A stretch of DNA of 64,000 nucleotides from a virus. Of the stretch, positions 17,107 to 25,890 are shown one piece after another. The stretch spans positions 1-64,000 of IMG/VR virus record IMGVR_UViG_3300034092_003233. One strand, written 5' to 3'. A program made the translations under genes and the position numbers. Every line of letters starts with the position of its first letter. Position 1 is the stretch's first letter. Below the pieces are notes generated by a model, which did no database searches, was not told the DNA's origin, and was given only the letters and a program-made list of their open reading frames with translations.

Positions 17107-17400
17107 ATGAGACTTATCATATCAGCGATCATTTTATTTTTACTTTTTGGGTGTGACACAACACCACAAATAATTCCAGACACAACTCCGGATAATGCAA
17201 TCATATTGGGGATGAAGGACAGAATAAACGAGCCTGGTGCCGGGCATTCTTCGTATAGTTGGGTATTTTGGTATGTTCCAATTCTTATCATAGCACTTTT
17301 ATGGGCGTATAGAGAATATATCCGTAAGCCACTTTTGTGCGATGATGGCGAACAAAAAGACGAAGTTGTAGAAACAAAAAACACACCATCTGGTGTGTAA
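17107..17400 (+). CDS. Lipoprotein with C-terminal TM (u-spanin-like topology)
   Basis: Signal peptide with lipobox LFGC; TM WVFWYVPILIIALLWAY followed by basic residues. Confidence 0.55.
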   Translation: MRLIISAIILFLLFGCDTTPQIIPDTTPDNAIILGMKDRINEPGAGHSSYSWVFWYVPILIIALLWAYREYIRKPLLCDDGEQKDEVVETKNTPSGV

Positions 17401-17419
17401 TTTGCTCCTCAGATTGGAA

Positions 17420-17589
17420 ATCAATTAGAGGGAGCCATGCGAAAAAGGATTAGTATGGTTTTACCGAAGCACTCTCAATTTGCACATCTTCAAAAGGGAC
17501 CCCTATTACAAGGAGGTGATCCAGCCATTACACTCTGGGACAATCCCGGTATGAGAGCCGTTGATAAGGTTAACTCCACTCCAACTGAT
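17420..17589 (-). ncRNA. Putative ~170-nt structured RNA containing a 16S rRNA 3'-end (anti-SD) copy
   Basis: TATAAATA immediately upstream; 5' and 3' ends form an 18-bp stem with 4 G-U pairs only on this strand; GGCUGGAUCACCUCCUU at 17526-17510. Confidence 0.7.
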
Positions 17590-17593
17590 AGAT

Positions 17594-17601
17594 TATTTAT
17601 A
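17594..17601 (-). promoter_or_regulatory. Perfect T4 late promoter with no downstream ORF
   Basis: TATAAATA on minus strand. Confidence 0.7.
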
Positions 17602-17630
17602 ATTTATTCAGTTTTGGAAAAATAAACATA

Positions 17631-18191
17631 CTATTCTTTGGCAGAAATAGTCTGCCATAAACTCTTACAGATGTAATAAGAGTCTACGATGTCGGAAACG
17701 GGGTTTCCGACATCTTTTTTATTGGGGGTAATAATATCTTTCAGCATTAATCCAGTTTCGGATACAAAAGCATTGTACATCGATTCTTTGTCCGCATTTC
17801 CCTTCCCCGTCGCGTTCTTTTTCACTACTGTGGGTGGAATCGTATCCACTGGTATCCCCTGCTGAAATAGTTTGTATTTCAAGATTCCAGTATTTTCCGC
17901 TATATGAAATACTCTGCCCTTGGCGGCGTAGGCGTAATCTTCTATGCCAACCATCTTGCAACCGATTAGGTATTGAATAGCCCATTCCGAAATTGTGTCG
18001 TATCTTTGACATTCGCTATTGTAATCCTCAAATGATTCACCACGAACATTTCCAATAAAGGTTGTTTGTAGTTTTTTAACATCAGACAAAAAGTAAACCA
18101 TGCAAGTATTGAAAGAAAACCCACCCAAGGCAGAGTTGTATATACAAATACTAGGAGAGGTTAAACTATAATCAATTCCCGCATATATCAT
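17631..18191 (-). CDS. RuvC-like Holliday junction resolvase/endonuclease
   Basis: AGIDYS, VGIEDY, PPTVVKK.ATGKGNADK, DIVDSY RNase H-fold acidic motifs. Confidence 0.8.
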   Translation of the reverse strand: MIYAGIDYSLTSPSICIYNSALGGFSFNTCMVYFLSDVKKLQTTFIGNVRGESFEDYNSECQRYDTISEWAIQYLIGCKMVGIEDYAYAAKGRVFHIAENTGILKYKLFQQGIPVDTIPPTVVKKNATGKGNADKESMYNAFVSETGLMLKDIITPNKKDVGNPVSDIVDSYYICKSLWQTISAKE

Positions 18192-18210
18192 GTAGGTATT
18201 TATTAACCTA

Positions 18211-18291
18211 ACAGGAGTAGTGGTTCCGGCGGCCTGAAGATCGGTACTTCAAACGATCCTGAGGCGAAGCGGGTCCGGCCACTACTCCTGT
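18211..18291 (-). other. GC-rich 81-nt rod-like hairpin (possible ncRNA or regulatory element)
   Basis: ACAGGAGTAGTGG/CCACTACTCCTGT 13-bp perfect stem plus inner GCCT/AGGC and AGGATCG/CGATCTT stems. Confidence 0.55.
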
Positions 18292-18295
18292 ACTA

Positions 18296-19225
18296 TTATA
18301 TAGTGGCTTTAAGCCGTTTTGCTACCCATTCTGCCACATTCACCGTGACAGCATTTCCCATCTGATTATATCTTGCGCTATTAGATAATCCCTCTGTCCA
18401 ATTATCAGGAAACCCCTGAAGTCTTTCCGTTTCAATTGGAGTAAGATATCTAACTCTATCTTCGTTTTCTATTACTAAAACACTAGATCTTTGTCTGACA
18501 TCAAATAAATTTAAAGTGTTTGCGTAATCAGTTTCTATCCAAGTCTCAAAGTCTTTTTTTGTTTGTGCTTTTCTAGACTTTCTAATTGTTATGGGGTATT
18601 TTTGATCAGGTTCGTCAAAGAGAGAGTTAACGGTGGATACAAAGTTTTTCCGTTGCGCTGTCCTCGCTCTAGAATCCCCTCGCATGTCTTCTTTGAGAGC
18701 AAGTACTTCTGATGCGCGTTCTCCTGCAAGATCTGCGATAACGAACACTCTTTCTCTTCTTTGGGGAACACCGAAGAATCTGCTGTCCAAAACTCTCCAT
18801 GCGATAGATTTAGGGTTCCACTGTTTGACCATTTCGTGGAGAACGACGGCGAAATCCCTTCCTTTATTGCTTGTGAGCATTCCGGGGACATTTTCGACCA
18901 CCACGAAGGATGGTTGTTTTGGCATGTCTCTGACGATTCGAATAAACTCATAAAATAATCCTGATCTTTCTCCTGCTAATCCTTTTCTATTTCCAGCCAC
19001 AGACAAATCTTGACACGGAAATCCACCAACAACCACATCTACTGATTCTATTTTGGTTGGATCTATAGAGCAAACATCATCATATATTTTTGTATTTGGA
19101 AAATGTTTGCTGAGAATATTTCTGCATGTTTTCTCTTTATCACATGCCCAAGAAATAGAAAACCCTTGACGCTCAAATCCGAGATCAAGACCTCCAACTC
19201 CTGAGAATAACGATCCTACCTTCAT
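18296..19225 (-). CDS. dcm: DNA (cytosine-5) methyltransferase
   Basis: LFSGVGG, GGFPCQD, ENVPG, QRRERVF, RYLTPIETERLQGFP, QMGNAV motifs. Confidence 0.95.
   Translation of the reverse strand: MKVGSLFSGVGGLDLGFERQGFSISWACDKEKTCRNILSKHFPNTKIYDDVCSIDPTKIESVDVVVGGFPCQDLSVAGNRKGLAGERSGLFYEFIRIVRDMPKQPSFVVVENVPGMLTSNKGRDFAVVLHEMVKQWNPKSIAWRVLDSRFFGVPQRRERVFVIADLAGERASEVLALKEDMRGDSRARTAQRKNFVSTVNSLFDEPDQKYPITIRKSRKAQTKKDFETWIETDYANTLNLFDVRQRSSVLVIENEDRVRYLTPIETERLQGFPDNWTEGLSNSARYNQMGNAVTVNVAEWVAKRLKATI
18589..18951 (-). CDS. Nested out-of-frame ORF, candidate methyltransferase beta-type polypeptide
   Basis: CSLSQILQE..QKYLLSKKTCEGILERGQRNGKTL resembles peptides overprinted on phage C5 MTases; AGGA 7 nt upstream of ATG. 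Confidence 0.6.
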   Translation of the reverse strand: MSLFESSETCQNNHPSWWSKMSPECSQAIKEGISPSFSTKWSNSGTLNLSHGEFWTADSSVFPKEEKECSLSQILQENAHQKYLLSKKTCEGILERGQRNGKTLYPPLTLSLTNLIKNTP

Positions 19226-19420
19226 TTATTGCTTACCAGAGTTCATACAAGTTTTTGTTGACTTTGGTGGTTTTATTGTATCCCGAATTATTCCACACAT
19301 GATTCCATATAATACCACAGGAATTAGAAATAGTAAACAACCATATAGAACAAATGGATCATGCCATTTTGTGGGTCTATAATCGTCATAAAGATGATTG
19401 TTCGATTGCATATGTTCCAA
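19226..19420 (-). CDS. Small membrane protein
   Basis: Single TM; stop abuts start of MTase. Confidence 0.55.
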   Translation of the reverse strand: MEHMQSNNHLYDDYRPTKWHDPFVLYGCLLFLIPVVLYGIMCGIIRDTIKPPKSTKTCMNSGKQ

Positions 19421-20156
19421 TTTTTAGTTCTCCTTTGATATCCTCATAGAGAAAAGTGCAGTTATCTTTTTCAGTCCAGCATCCGCAGTTTGCGTATACC
19501 GTCCCATGCACTTCCGCAATCTTTGGATTGTGAAGATGTCCGCATATCACACCATCATACTTCTTGTCCTTGGCGTATCTGCATATGACATCTTCAAAAC
19601 TTTCAATGAACTGTGCTGCCCTCTTTACTTTAATCTTTACATACTTGGACAAAGACCAGTATCGCATTCCTAATGCTCTACGACACCAATTGAAGATTTC
19701 ATTTAGATCAAGCATAATTTCGTATCCAATGTCTCCAAGTTTGTAAACAGAAGAACTGATTGGATATTTGGTTAGCAAATCAAACTGATGTCCGTGAAGA
19801 ACGAGAAACTTCTTTCCGTTCTTGGTGGTGTAATCCATTCTCTCGTACAGAGAAATGTTTCCAAATATTTCATGCCCTATAAACTTTGCCATGAACTCGT
19901 CATGGTTTCCATAGATGTAATGAACCTTGGTTCCCTTGCGAGAAAGTTTCAACAATCTTTCCACGACTTCAACCTGCCCAATCTGCTTCTCATGGCGCAT
20001 GGAGAATGCGTCCTTGAATCTCCAAATGTCTATGATATCACCTACCAAGTAGATGTTATCGAAGGTATTGAACTTCAGGAAGTCTATGAGAGGCTTGTGT
20101 TTTGCCTTCTTGGAGGCAAGGTGAAAGTCTGACAGAAAGACTGTTGTGTAATGCAT
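19386..20156 (-). CDS. Calcineurin-like metallophosphoesterase (LpxH/YbbF-like)
   Basis: SDFHL, GDIID, GNHD, HGH, GHLH, NCGCW motifs. Confidence 0.9.
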   Translation of the reverse strand: MHYTTVFLSDFHLASKKAKHKPLIDFLKFNTFDNIYLVGDIIDIWRFKDAFSMRHEKQIGQVEVVERLLKLSRKGTKVHYIYGNHDEFMAKFIGHEIFGNISLYERMDYTTKNGKKFLVLHGHQFDLLTKYPISSSVYKLGDIGYEIMLDLNEIFNWCRRALGMRYWSLSKYVKIKVKRAAQFIESFEDVICRYAKDKKYDGVICGHLHNPKIAEVHGTVYANCGCWTEKDNCTFLYEDIKGELKIGTYAIEQSSL

Positions 20157-22075
20157 TATGTGATATCAACTACTTCGCACTTATCGCCGGTACAAGCAAA
20201 GGTTTGAGTGCCAGAAGTCTTATCTTCTTTTTCATACTTCACAAGATCTGACCAATTAACATTTTTTGGCATCTTCTCAAGGAGTGCCATGTATTCTTCC
20301 TTACTGCACTCTTGATATGGTGCTTGACGATAATTGTGATCACTGTGTGGTAGGAATGATATACCACTGATTTCATCGAAGTGTTTATATACCCAAGCAC
20401 CGACATCCATCCATTCATTTTCACGAACGGTTACAGTAATACTTGGCTTATGCTCACACCAATGACGCTGATACACCAACCAAAGTTCTAGGTGCTCAAT
20501 TGCACCCAAATCATTACGAGTCAGACATCCCTCTGGTGACTTCGTTGGGAAGGAGAATACCATTACAGAATCGGGTTTCATTACGCACTTTTCGTGAGGG
20601 AATCCCATGTCCATCATCATTTTACACAATGGATCCTTTTGATCTGCACGAACAGTACGAATATAGTATTCGCTGTGTCTTGGGTGAATACCAGATGCGG
20701 CATCTACTAATTGCGAAACTGTGCCAGATGGTTTTATGCAAGTAATGGCGGCAGCAGATTCAATTCCAATTTTTGATGCATACTCTTTGTTTACTTCTAC
20801 TGCAATGTTTTTAAGTTTGACAAGACCCTTTTCCAAATTAATAACATCATTTGCCATATGTTCATTGTCAAGAATTCCTGTTAGAGATACGCCCAGAAGT
20901 GCCTCTTCCTCACAGTTCTTCTTCCATTCGCTGGAAAGATATGGGAAGTTCGTTAAAGACGCTTGGAATGTACCTAGGATCGTCGCTAAACGAACCTTAC
21001 GAGCAAGATTGTCTGCGGTGTCATCTGCTCGCACAACGACTTCTGTGAGGTTACAGAACTCTCTATCTCGTAGAATGATTTCAGAGCAAGGATTGGTTCC
21101 AAACTCATAGTTTGGATCACGACGATCCCCTAGTTTGGCAACAGTCTTTTTGCAAGCCTCACGATTAAAGATACCGCGCTCGCCACTCTTGCTCTTATAA
21201 AGAGACATCCATTCTTCCATAAAGATGCCCATGTCTGGCTTTTCTTTGTATGCAACTGAGTTATTGGCCAAGGCGCGTTGGGGATTGTCGTTCCACCATG
21301 CTCCTGACTTTGCATCGCGCATTCTCTCATCAGTGAGGTTGCTAAGTGAAATAAGTGCGGATCGTCGCACACCTCCAACCACGACAACCTCTGCAATTTT
21401 ACAAACGATATCATGACATTCGATGGAAGTGAGTTTTCTACCTGAAGCCTTTTTAAAAGTTTCAATTGTAAACTTAAAGAGATCTTCCAATGGCCCCGGT
21501 CCCGATGCACGACCCCCAAATGTTTTAAGTCTCGCGCCAGCAGGACGAACCTTTGAGACATCCCATTTTGGAATTTGACCTCCAATGAGTAGGGAGACAA
21601 GTTCCCTATAGGCTTTAGCCCAACCAGCCTTGCTATCTTGGACAACAATAGTGGTTTCACTGTTAGTAAACTCCTCTGTAATAGTTGGAAGTTTTTCTAT
21701 GTATTGTCTTTCAACAGAAAACCCAACTCCGGTGCCGCACATGAGTATGTATAGAATTTCATCAAACGCACGAACACGGTTCACTGCAACATAAGAACAG
21801 TTATAACCGGCGGTGTTATCACGCTCAAGTGCTTCTCCCGCAGTCATCAGTGCTCTCATGCTTGGCATGATTTCTAAATTCAACACAGAAGTTTCTAATT
21901 CAGAACGAAGTTCTTGAGACAAAGTAAACTTATGCTTTGTCTTTAAGTGATTTTCAAAAAAGTTAAAATACCGCTTAACAGTTTCCTCCCATGTCTCTCT
22001 GCGGTTCTCACTTTCAATCCATCTAGAATAGCGAGAAAGATGGATAAAATCTTGATAAAGGGTAGGTAAACTCAT
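20156..22075 (-). CDS. nrdJ: Class II (adenosylcobalamin-dependent) ribonucleotide reductase
   Basis: YNCSY, GGVRRSA, TNPCSEI, IKPSGTVS, C-terminal CTGDKC. Confidence 0.93.
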   Translation of the reverse strand: MSLPTLYQDFIHLSRYSRWIESENRRETWEETVKRYFNFFENHLKTKHKFTLSQELRSELETSVLNLEIMPSMRALMTAGEALERDNTAGYNCSYVAVNRVRAFDEILYILMCGTGVGFSVERQYIEKLPTITEEFTNSETTIVVQDSKAGWAKAYRELVSLLIGGQIPKWDVSKVRPAGARLKTFGGRASGPGPLEDLFKFTIETFKKASGRKLTSIECHDIVCKIAEVVVVGGVRRSALISLSNLTDERMRDAKSGAWWNDNPQRALANNSVAYKEKPDMGIFMEEWMSLYKSKSGERGIFNREACKKTVAKLGDRRDPNYEFGTNPCSEIILRDREFCNLTEVVVRADDTADNLARKVRLATILGTFQASLTNFPYLSSEWKKNCEEEALLGVSLTGILDNEHMANDVINLEKGLVKLKNIAVEVNKEYASKIGIESAAAITCIKPSGTVSQLVDAASGIHPRHSEYYIRTVRADQKDPLCKMMMDMGFPHEKCVMKPDSVMVFSFPTKSPEGCLTRNDLGAIEHLELWLVYQRHWCEHKPSITVTVRENEWMDVGAWVYKHFDEISGISFLPHSDHNYRQAPYQECSKEEYMALLEKMPKNVNWSDLVKYEKEDKTSGTQTFACTGDKCEVVDIT

Positions 22076-22107
22076 TTGGTATTTCTCCTGAAAATTAAGT
22101 TGGTGTT

Positions 22108-22818
22108 TTATGTAGTTGAATTAGTAAGGGTTTTCCACGAAACGGGAAAGAGTGGTTGAATTATTTTGGCAATTGCATCTGCATACTGACGAACTTCCCA
22201 TTGCGCATGAACATCACTTCTTTGATGATATACTCGCGCAAAAGCAGACAAAGATCCAGTCCACCACCACTCGGTATAAGTTCCTTGAGGAAGAACTGAT
22301 CTTGCTTGCTCGGGGGCAACTCCCAAATCAATCAATTGTTGATATGTTTCTACTGCATCTTTAATAGTAAATTCATAATGACGATTTGCTGTGTTATATT
22401 GTTCGTTGATTGGCATAAAATCTTCAGAACCTTGCTTTGCTCCGCCTGTTGGTTTTCCTCTCCAACGAGGAGAATATACCACCGGAGACTCGCTAACATA
22501 CCTACGGGATACTTCATTTTCGACAAATCCAACTTTATGTTTAAAAAGTTGAGTCCGTATGAAAATAGGAGCCTTAATTCTGAGAGTAATTTGTGGATGG
22601 GCAAACGGTGTCCAGTGTTTATGTTTAGCAAGATAAGAAATTAGTTTTTCATCCTTTTTGGATAACTTTCGTTCACGAACCATGTTCCAATCCGGTTCGC
22701 TATCCCAATCACTTTCCTTATTGAAGGAGACTCTGGCTGCATTAACTACAGTCAAATCGTTTCCCATATAATCAACAAGTTCAACAAATCCATAATCTAA
22801 TACATCAATCTTTTTCAT
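22108..22818 (-). CDS. thyX: Flavin-dependent thymidylate synthase
   Basis: VVNAARVSF, HWTPF, NEVSRRYV, EQARSVLP, HAQWE. Confidence 0.95.
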   Translation of the reverse strand: MKKIDVLDYGFVELVDYMGNDLTVVNAARVSFNKESDWDSEPDWNMVRERKLSKKDEKLISYLAKHKHWTPFAHPQITLRIKAPIFIRTQLFKHKVGFVENEVSRRYVSESPVVYSPRWRGKPTGGAKQGSEDFMPINEQYNTANRHYEFTIKDAVETYQQLIDLGVAPEQARSVLPQGTYTEWWWTGSLSAFARVYHQRSDVHAQWEVRQYADAIAKIIQPLFPVSWKTLTNSTT

Positions 22819-23200
22819 CTTGTTTGTCCTCATCCTTTAAGTGATAAAATTTAACTCGTCCTACTCCACCATAATCACTAGAATATTCTACTGCTTTTTT
22901 CCACAACTCTGGATTTATTTCTTTAATTCTGTCTGCAAATTTCATATAAATGTTAATTATAGCATAGATAAAATCAGTATCATCCAATTCCGGATCGATT
23001 GGAGAGTAATAAAACTCTTCTTCCTCTATTACCTTTATCCCATACTCTTCTGCAAATGAGTGTGCATAAGTCATGGCGGTGTCACAAATTTCTTTTTCCA
23101 TTTCGCAAACATATTCTTTAAAATGTATTCCAAAATTCAAAAAAGATTTAGTCATCTCTTCGCCATATTCTTCAAAGAATTCTTCATCTGATTCTTCCAT
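22805..23200 (-). CDS. Acidic hypothetical protein with internal duplication
   Basis: TAATG coupling with primase; two similar helical halves. Confidence 0.65.
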   Translation of the reverse strand: MEESDEEFFEEYGEEMTKSFLNFGIHFKEYVCEMEKEICDTAMTYAHSFAEEYGIKVIEEEEFYYSPIDPELDDTDFIYAIINIYMKFADRIKEINPELWKKAVEYSSDYGGVGRVKFYHLKDEDKQDEKD

Positions 23201-24207
23201 TACACTTTTTTCCAATCATTTAATTTAAGTTTTGCTTGTAACCCAGTATAAGTATTGTTTGTTATTATTTCAACTAATTGTTCGGTTGTTTTACCGGATA
23301 AAATCATATCATTGATATCCTTTTCCCGAATTGTCGATGGCCAAATAACAACATTGAATTTCTTCTCAATCAATGACTCTATAGTTTTAACAACATTTTT
23401 GTTTCTTGGCTCGTTATCAATAACAAAGATCAATTTCTTTTCCTTTATAAAATCCGGAATAGTAATAGTAGAATCCATTCCAAGTGTTGCTACTCCATTT
23501 GGAAGAAACATAGAATCAATAGGACCCTCCAGAACAAATACAGGTTCACTCGAAATTTTATTCAAACCATACCAGAGTCGTTCCGCGCCCTTTTTCTTGA
23601 TTGTTACATAACGAATTGATTTTGAATCTAAAGATCTACCCTGAACACCAATTAGAGTATTTTCTTCATCATAGATGGGGATAACCAATCTACTTTCTTT
23701 TGTCAGATCCTTTTTCTCTGGATCTATAGATTGTGCAACACTGGCAAAGTCTTCAGTAAAATACAATGTTTTCATAAAAGCCGATGGTATCTTTCGGGAA
23801 AGTACATATTTTTTACATGGATGACTATCGGGAAGGGTGGATACGGACACACACCCCACTAATTCTGTTTTTTTGAATTTTGGTTTCTCAAACTTTATCT
23901 TTGGTTTCTTATAATTTGATTTACCATTTTCTCCATTCATCCATCTTTGTATTGCGTATTCTTTGCAATGAGTAGGAGAAATTTGTTCTAGAAAATTGTA
24001 TAGATTGCTGCTGAAATTACAATTGTGACACTTGTAGAAAAAATCATTTCCTTTTTGAAAGAAAAATCCTCTTGCTTTGTTTTTGTGCTTTTGTGAATCC
24101 CCACAAATTGGGCATCTACAATTTGCAAGAGTTTCTTTTTTCCATGCAAACTTTTCTAGCATAGAAGAAATCATGTTGATAAACATTTTGTCGATGTAAG
24201 TTGACAT
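23200..24207 (-). CDS. gp61: DNA primase (T4 gp61-like)
   Basis: CPICGDS...YKCHNC zinc finger, EGPIDSMF, DNEPRN, KDINDM. Confidence 0.95.
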   Translation of the reverse strand: MSTYIDKMFINMISSMLEKFAWKKETLANCRCPICGDSQKHKNKARGFFFQKGNDFFYKCHNCNFSSNLYNFLEQISPTHCKEYAIQRWMNGENGKSNYKKPKIKFEKPKFKKTELVGCVSVSTLPDSHPCKKYVLSRKIPSAFMKTLYFTEDFASVAQSIDPEKKDLTKESRLVIPIYDEENTLIGVQGRSLDSKSIRYVTIKKKGAERLWYGLNKISSEPVFVLEGPIDSMFLPNGVATLGMDSTITIPDFIKEKKLIFVIDNEPRNKNVVKTIESLIEKKFNVVIWPSTIREKDINDMILSGKTTEQLVEIITNNTYTGLQAKLKLNDWKKV

Positions 24208-25616
24208 TAGAACTTCCAGTCTCCTGTTGAGGATGTTTTCAGTTTCTTAAATTTATCTCTCATGTCATAACCAGATCCGGCTTCTTGTTCGTCTGTTGTG
24301 TTTCCTGCCACCAAAGTTGGTTGCTCAACACTAGGAACATCGAACAATTTCATTTTTGCTCGATTTAGCCCAACAACAAATTTACGATTAGACATGGCAT
24401 TATTGTAGCGATTCTTTAGTTGCTTTACCATGATTTGATTCTGCTCTTCAAGTTCGTCAGTAGAAATTAAAGCAATCATAAAATCTGTAGTGGCTGGCAA
24501 ACCAAAAGATTCTGAAGTATTTTCAAGACCAACATCAGTGTTTGAATATCCCTCACGATTTGTTTGCGTGGCAGTCCAAATAGGAATATCTTTTTCTACA
24601 GCAAGTGCGCGTAGTTCTTCTGCAATCGCTTTAATCAGCGTATAAGAGTTAACAGCACCGTTATTCCGTATTCGGGATGATGCACAAATATTTAAGTAAT
24701 CAATAAAGATGATGTCTGGTTTGAATCCCTTTTTGATCTGTAATTCATCCAAGAGAGCACGAAAGTGTGTTGCACCAGCACTAGATGTTGGATATTCTTT
24801 GATAATCAATCTTGAATTGATATTCTTTGCGACATTATCAATTTTCTTTAAATAAGAACTTAATGGCATGTCCTTTAGATCATCCATAGTAACATCAAGT
24901 AGATTTGCATCGATTCTTTCTGCTATTCTCTCTTCTGCCATTTCACAAGTGATGTAAAGCACATTGTGATTCTGTACTAAACAGTTTGCAGCATGATGGC
25001 ACAAAAATAATGATTTACCTACGCCAGTACCAGCCATTACCACATTAAGAGTTTTAGTTGGTGTTCCGCCTGCTGTAATTGTATTGAGATATTCAAGATC
25101 GAATGCAATCTTTCTTTCCTTTTGGTGGTAGAATTCAAATCGCTTCTCTGAATCATTGGTGTAATCGTGTCCAATGTGAACATCAAATGATACAGACAAT
25201 GCTTTCGACAACAGTTCAGGAATTGCAGTTTTATTTCTTGATGTGTCTTTCCCATCAATAATCTGAATTGATTCCATGATTGAATTATAAATTGCTTTGT
25301 CTTTGCAGAAATTTTCTGTTTCGTTTACAAGCCAATCTTGATTTATTGAAGCAGAAAAATCAAATTCTTCAACAATAGAATTACATTCATTGAATTCTTG
25401 TTCTGATACGGTTTTTAGTTTTTCCAATGATATAATCACCGCTTCCTTTGAGGGAACGGTGTTATATTTGGTAAAAAACTCTAAAATGTTTTGAAAAATC
25501 AGTCTTTCAGATTTTTCATGGAAATATTCACTCTTTAAAAATGGGATCACCTTGCGACAATAATTTTCGTTCGTCATCAATGTCCGTAATATTGTCAGTT
25601 CGATCCTCGAATTCAT
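24207..25616 (-). CDS. gp41: Replicative helicase (T4 gp41-like)
   Basis: AGTGVGKS Walker A, IIKEYPT, IDYLNI, SESFGLPATTD. Confidence 0.96.
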   Translation of the reverse strand: MNSRIELTILRTLMTNENYCRKVIPFLKSEYFHEKSERLIFQNILEFFTKYNTVPSKEAVIISLEKLKTVSEQEFNECNSIVEEFDFSASINQDWLVNETENFCKDKAIYNSIMESIQIIDGKDTSRNKTAIPELLSKALSVSFDVHIGHDYTNDSEKRFEFYHQKERKIAFDLEYLNTITAGGTPTKTLNVVMAGTGVGKSLFLCHHAANCLVQNHNVLYITCEMAEERIAERIDANLLDVTMDDLKDMPLSSYLKKIDNVAKNINSRLIIKEYPTSSAGATHFRALLDELQIKKGFKPDIIFIDYLNICASSRIRNNGAVNSYTLIKAIAEELRALAVEKDIPIWTATQTNREGYSNTDVGLENTSESFGLPATTDFMIALISTDELEEQNQIMVKQLKNRYNNAMSNRKFVVGLNRAKMKLFDVPSVEQPTLVAGNTTDEQEAGSGYDMRDKFKKLKTSSTGDWKF

Positions 25617-25890
25617 CCTTAGTTTCCTCAATCCAATTTTCTAAAAGGTTCACCAATACATCACCAACTAGTTTAAAAAATACATCATCTAGTTTAACAT
25701 CATTTGGATTTTTTACAATAATCGGATCAAATATAAATTTGGCAGTTGTTTTGTCTTCGGATTCAGACACACTAATTTTTCCATAAGTGTATTCTACTCC
25801 AACATATGGACCATCTTTTATGCGAATAATTACAAAATCTTCGTGAGTCTGATCGGATGCTTCGTAAAGATCATTTATCGATTTTTCCAT
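25528..25890 (-). CDS. Hypothetical protein at the gp40 position
   Basis: Between uvsX and gene 41 as T4 gene 40; acidic. Confidence 0.5.
   Translation of the reverse strand: MEKSINDLYEASDQTHEDFVIIRIKDGPYVGVEYTYGKISVSESEDKTTAKFIFDPIIVKNPNDVKLDDVFFKLVGDVLVNLLENWIEETKDEFEDRTDNITDIDDERKLLSQGDPIFKE

Noticed and set aside
17510-17526. 16S rRNA gene fragment or host contamination
   Set aside because: Match is limited to 17 nt, flanks do not continue into helix 45 or spacer sequence, and neighbours are phage genes
17437-17625. 62-aa plus-strand ORF
   Set aside because: No recognisable motif; lies antisense to a promoter-led structure whose G-U pairs favour the minus strand; cannot be fully excluded
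18211-18291. tRNA-Sec (CTTCAAA loop) or hammerhead ribozyme (CTGAAGA...CGAA)
   Set aside because: No anticodon stem closing a 7-nt loop, no T-arm or CCA; hammerhead GAAA and three-stem junction not formed
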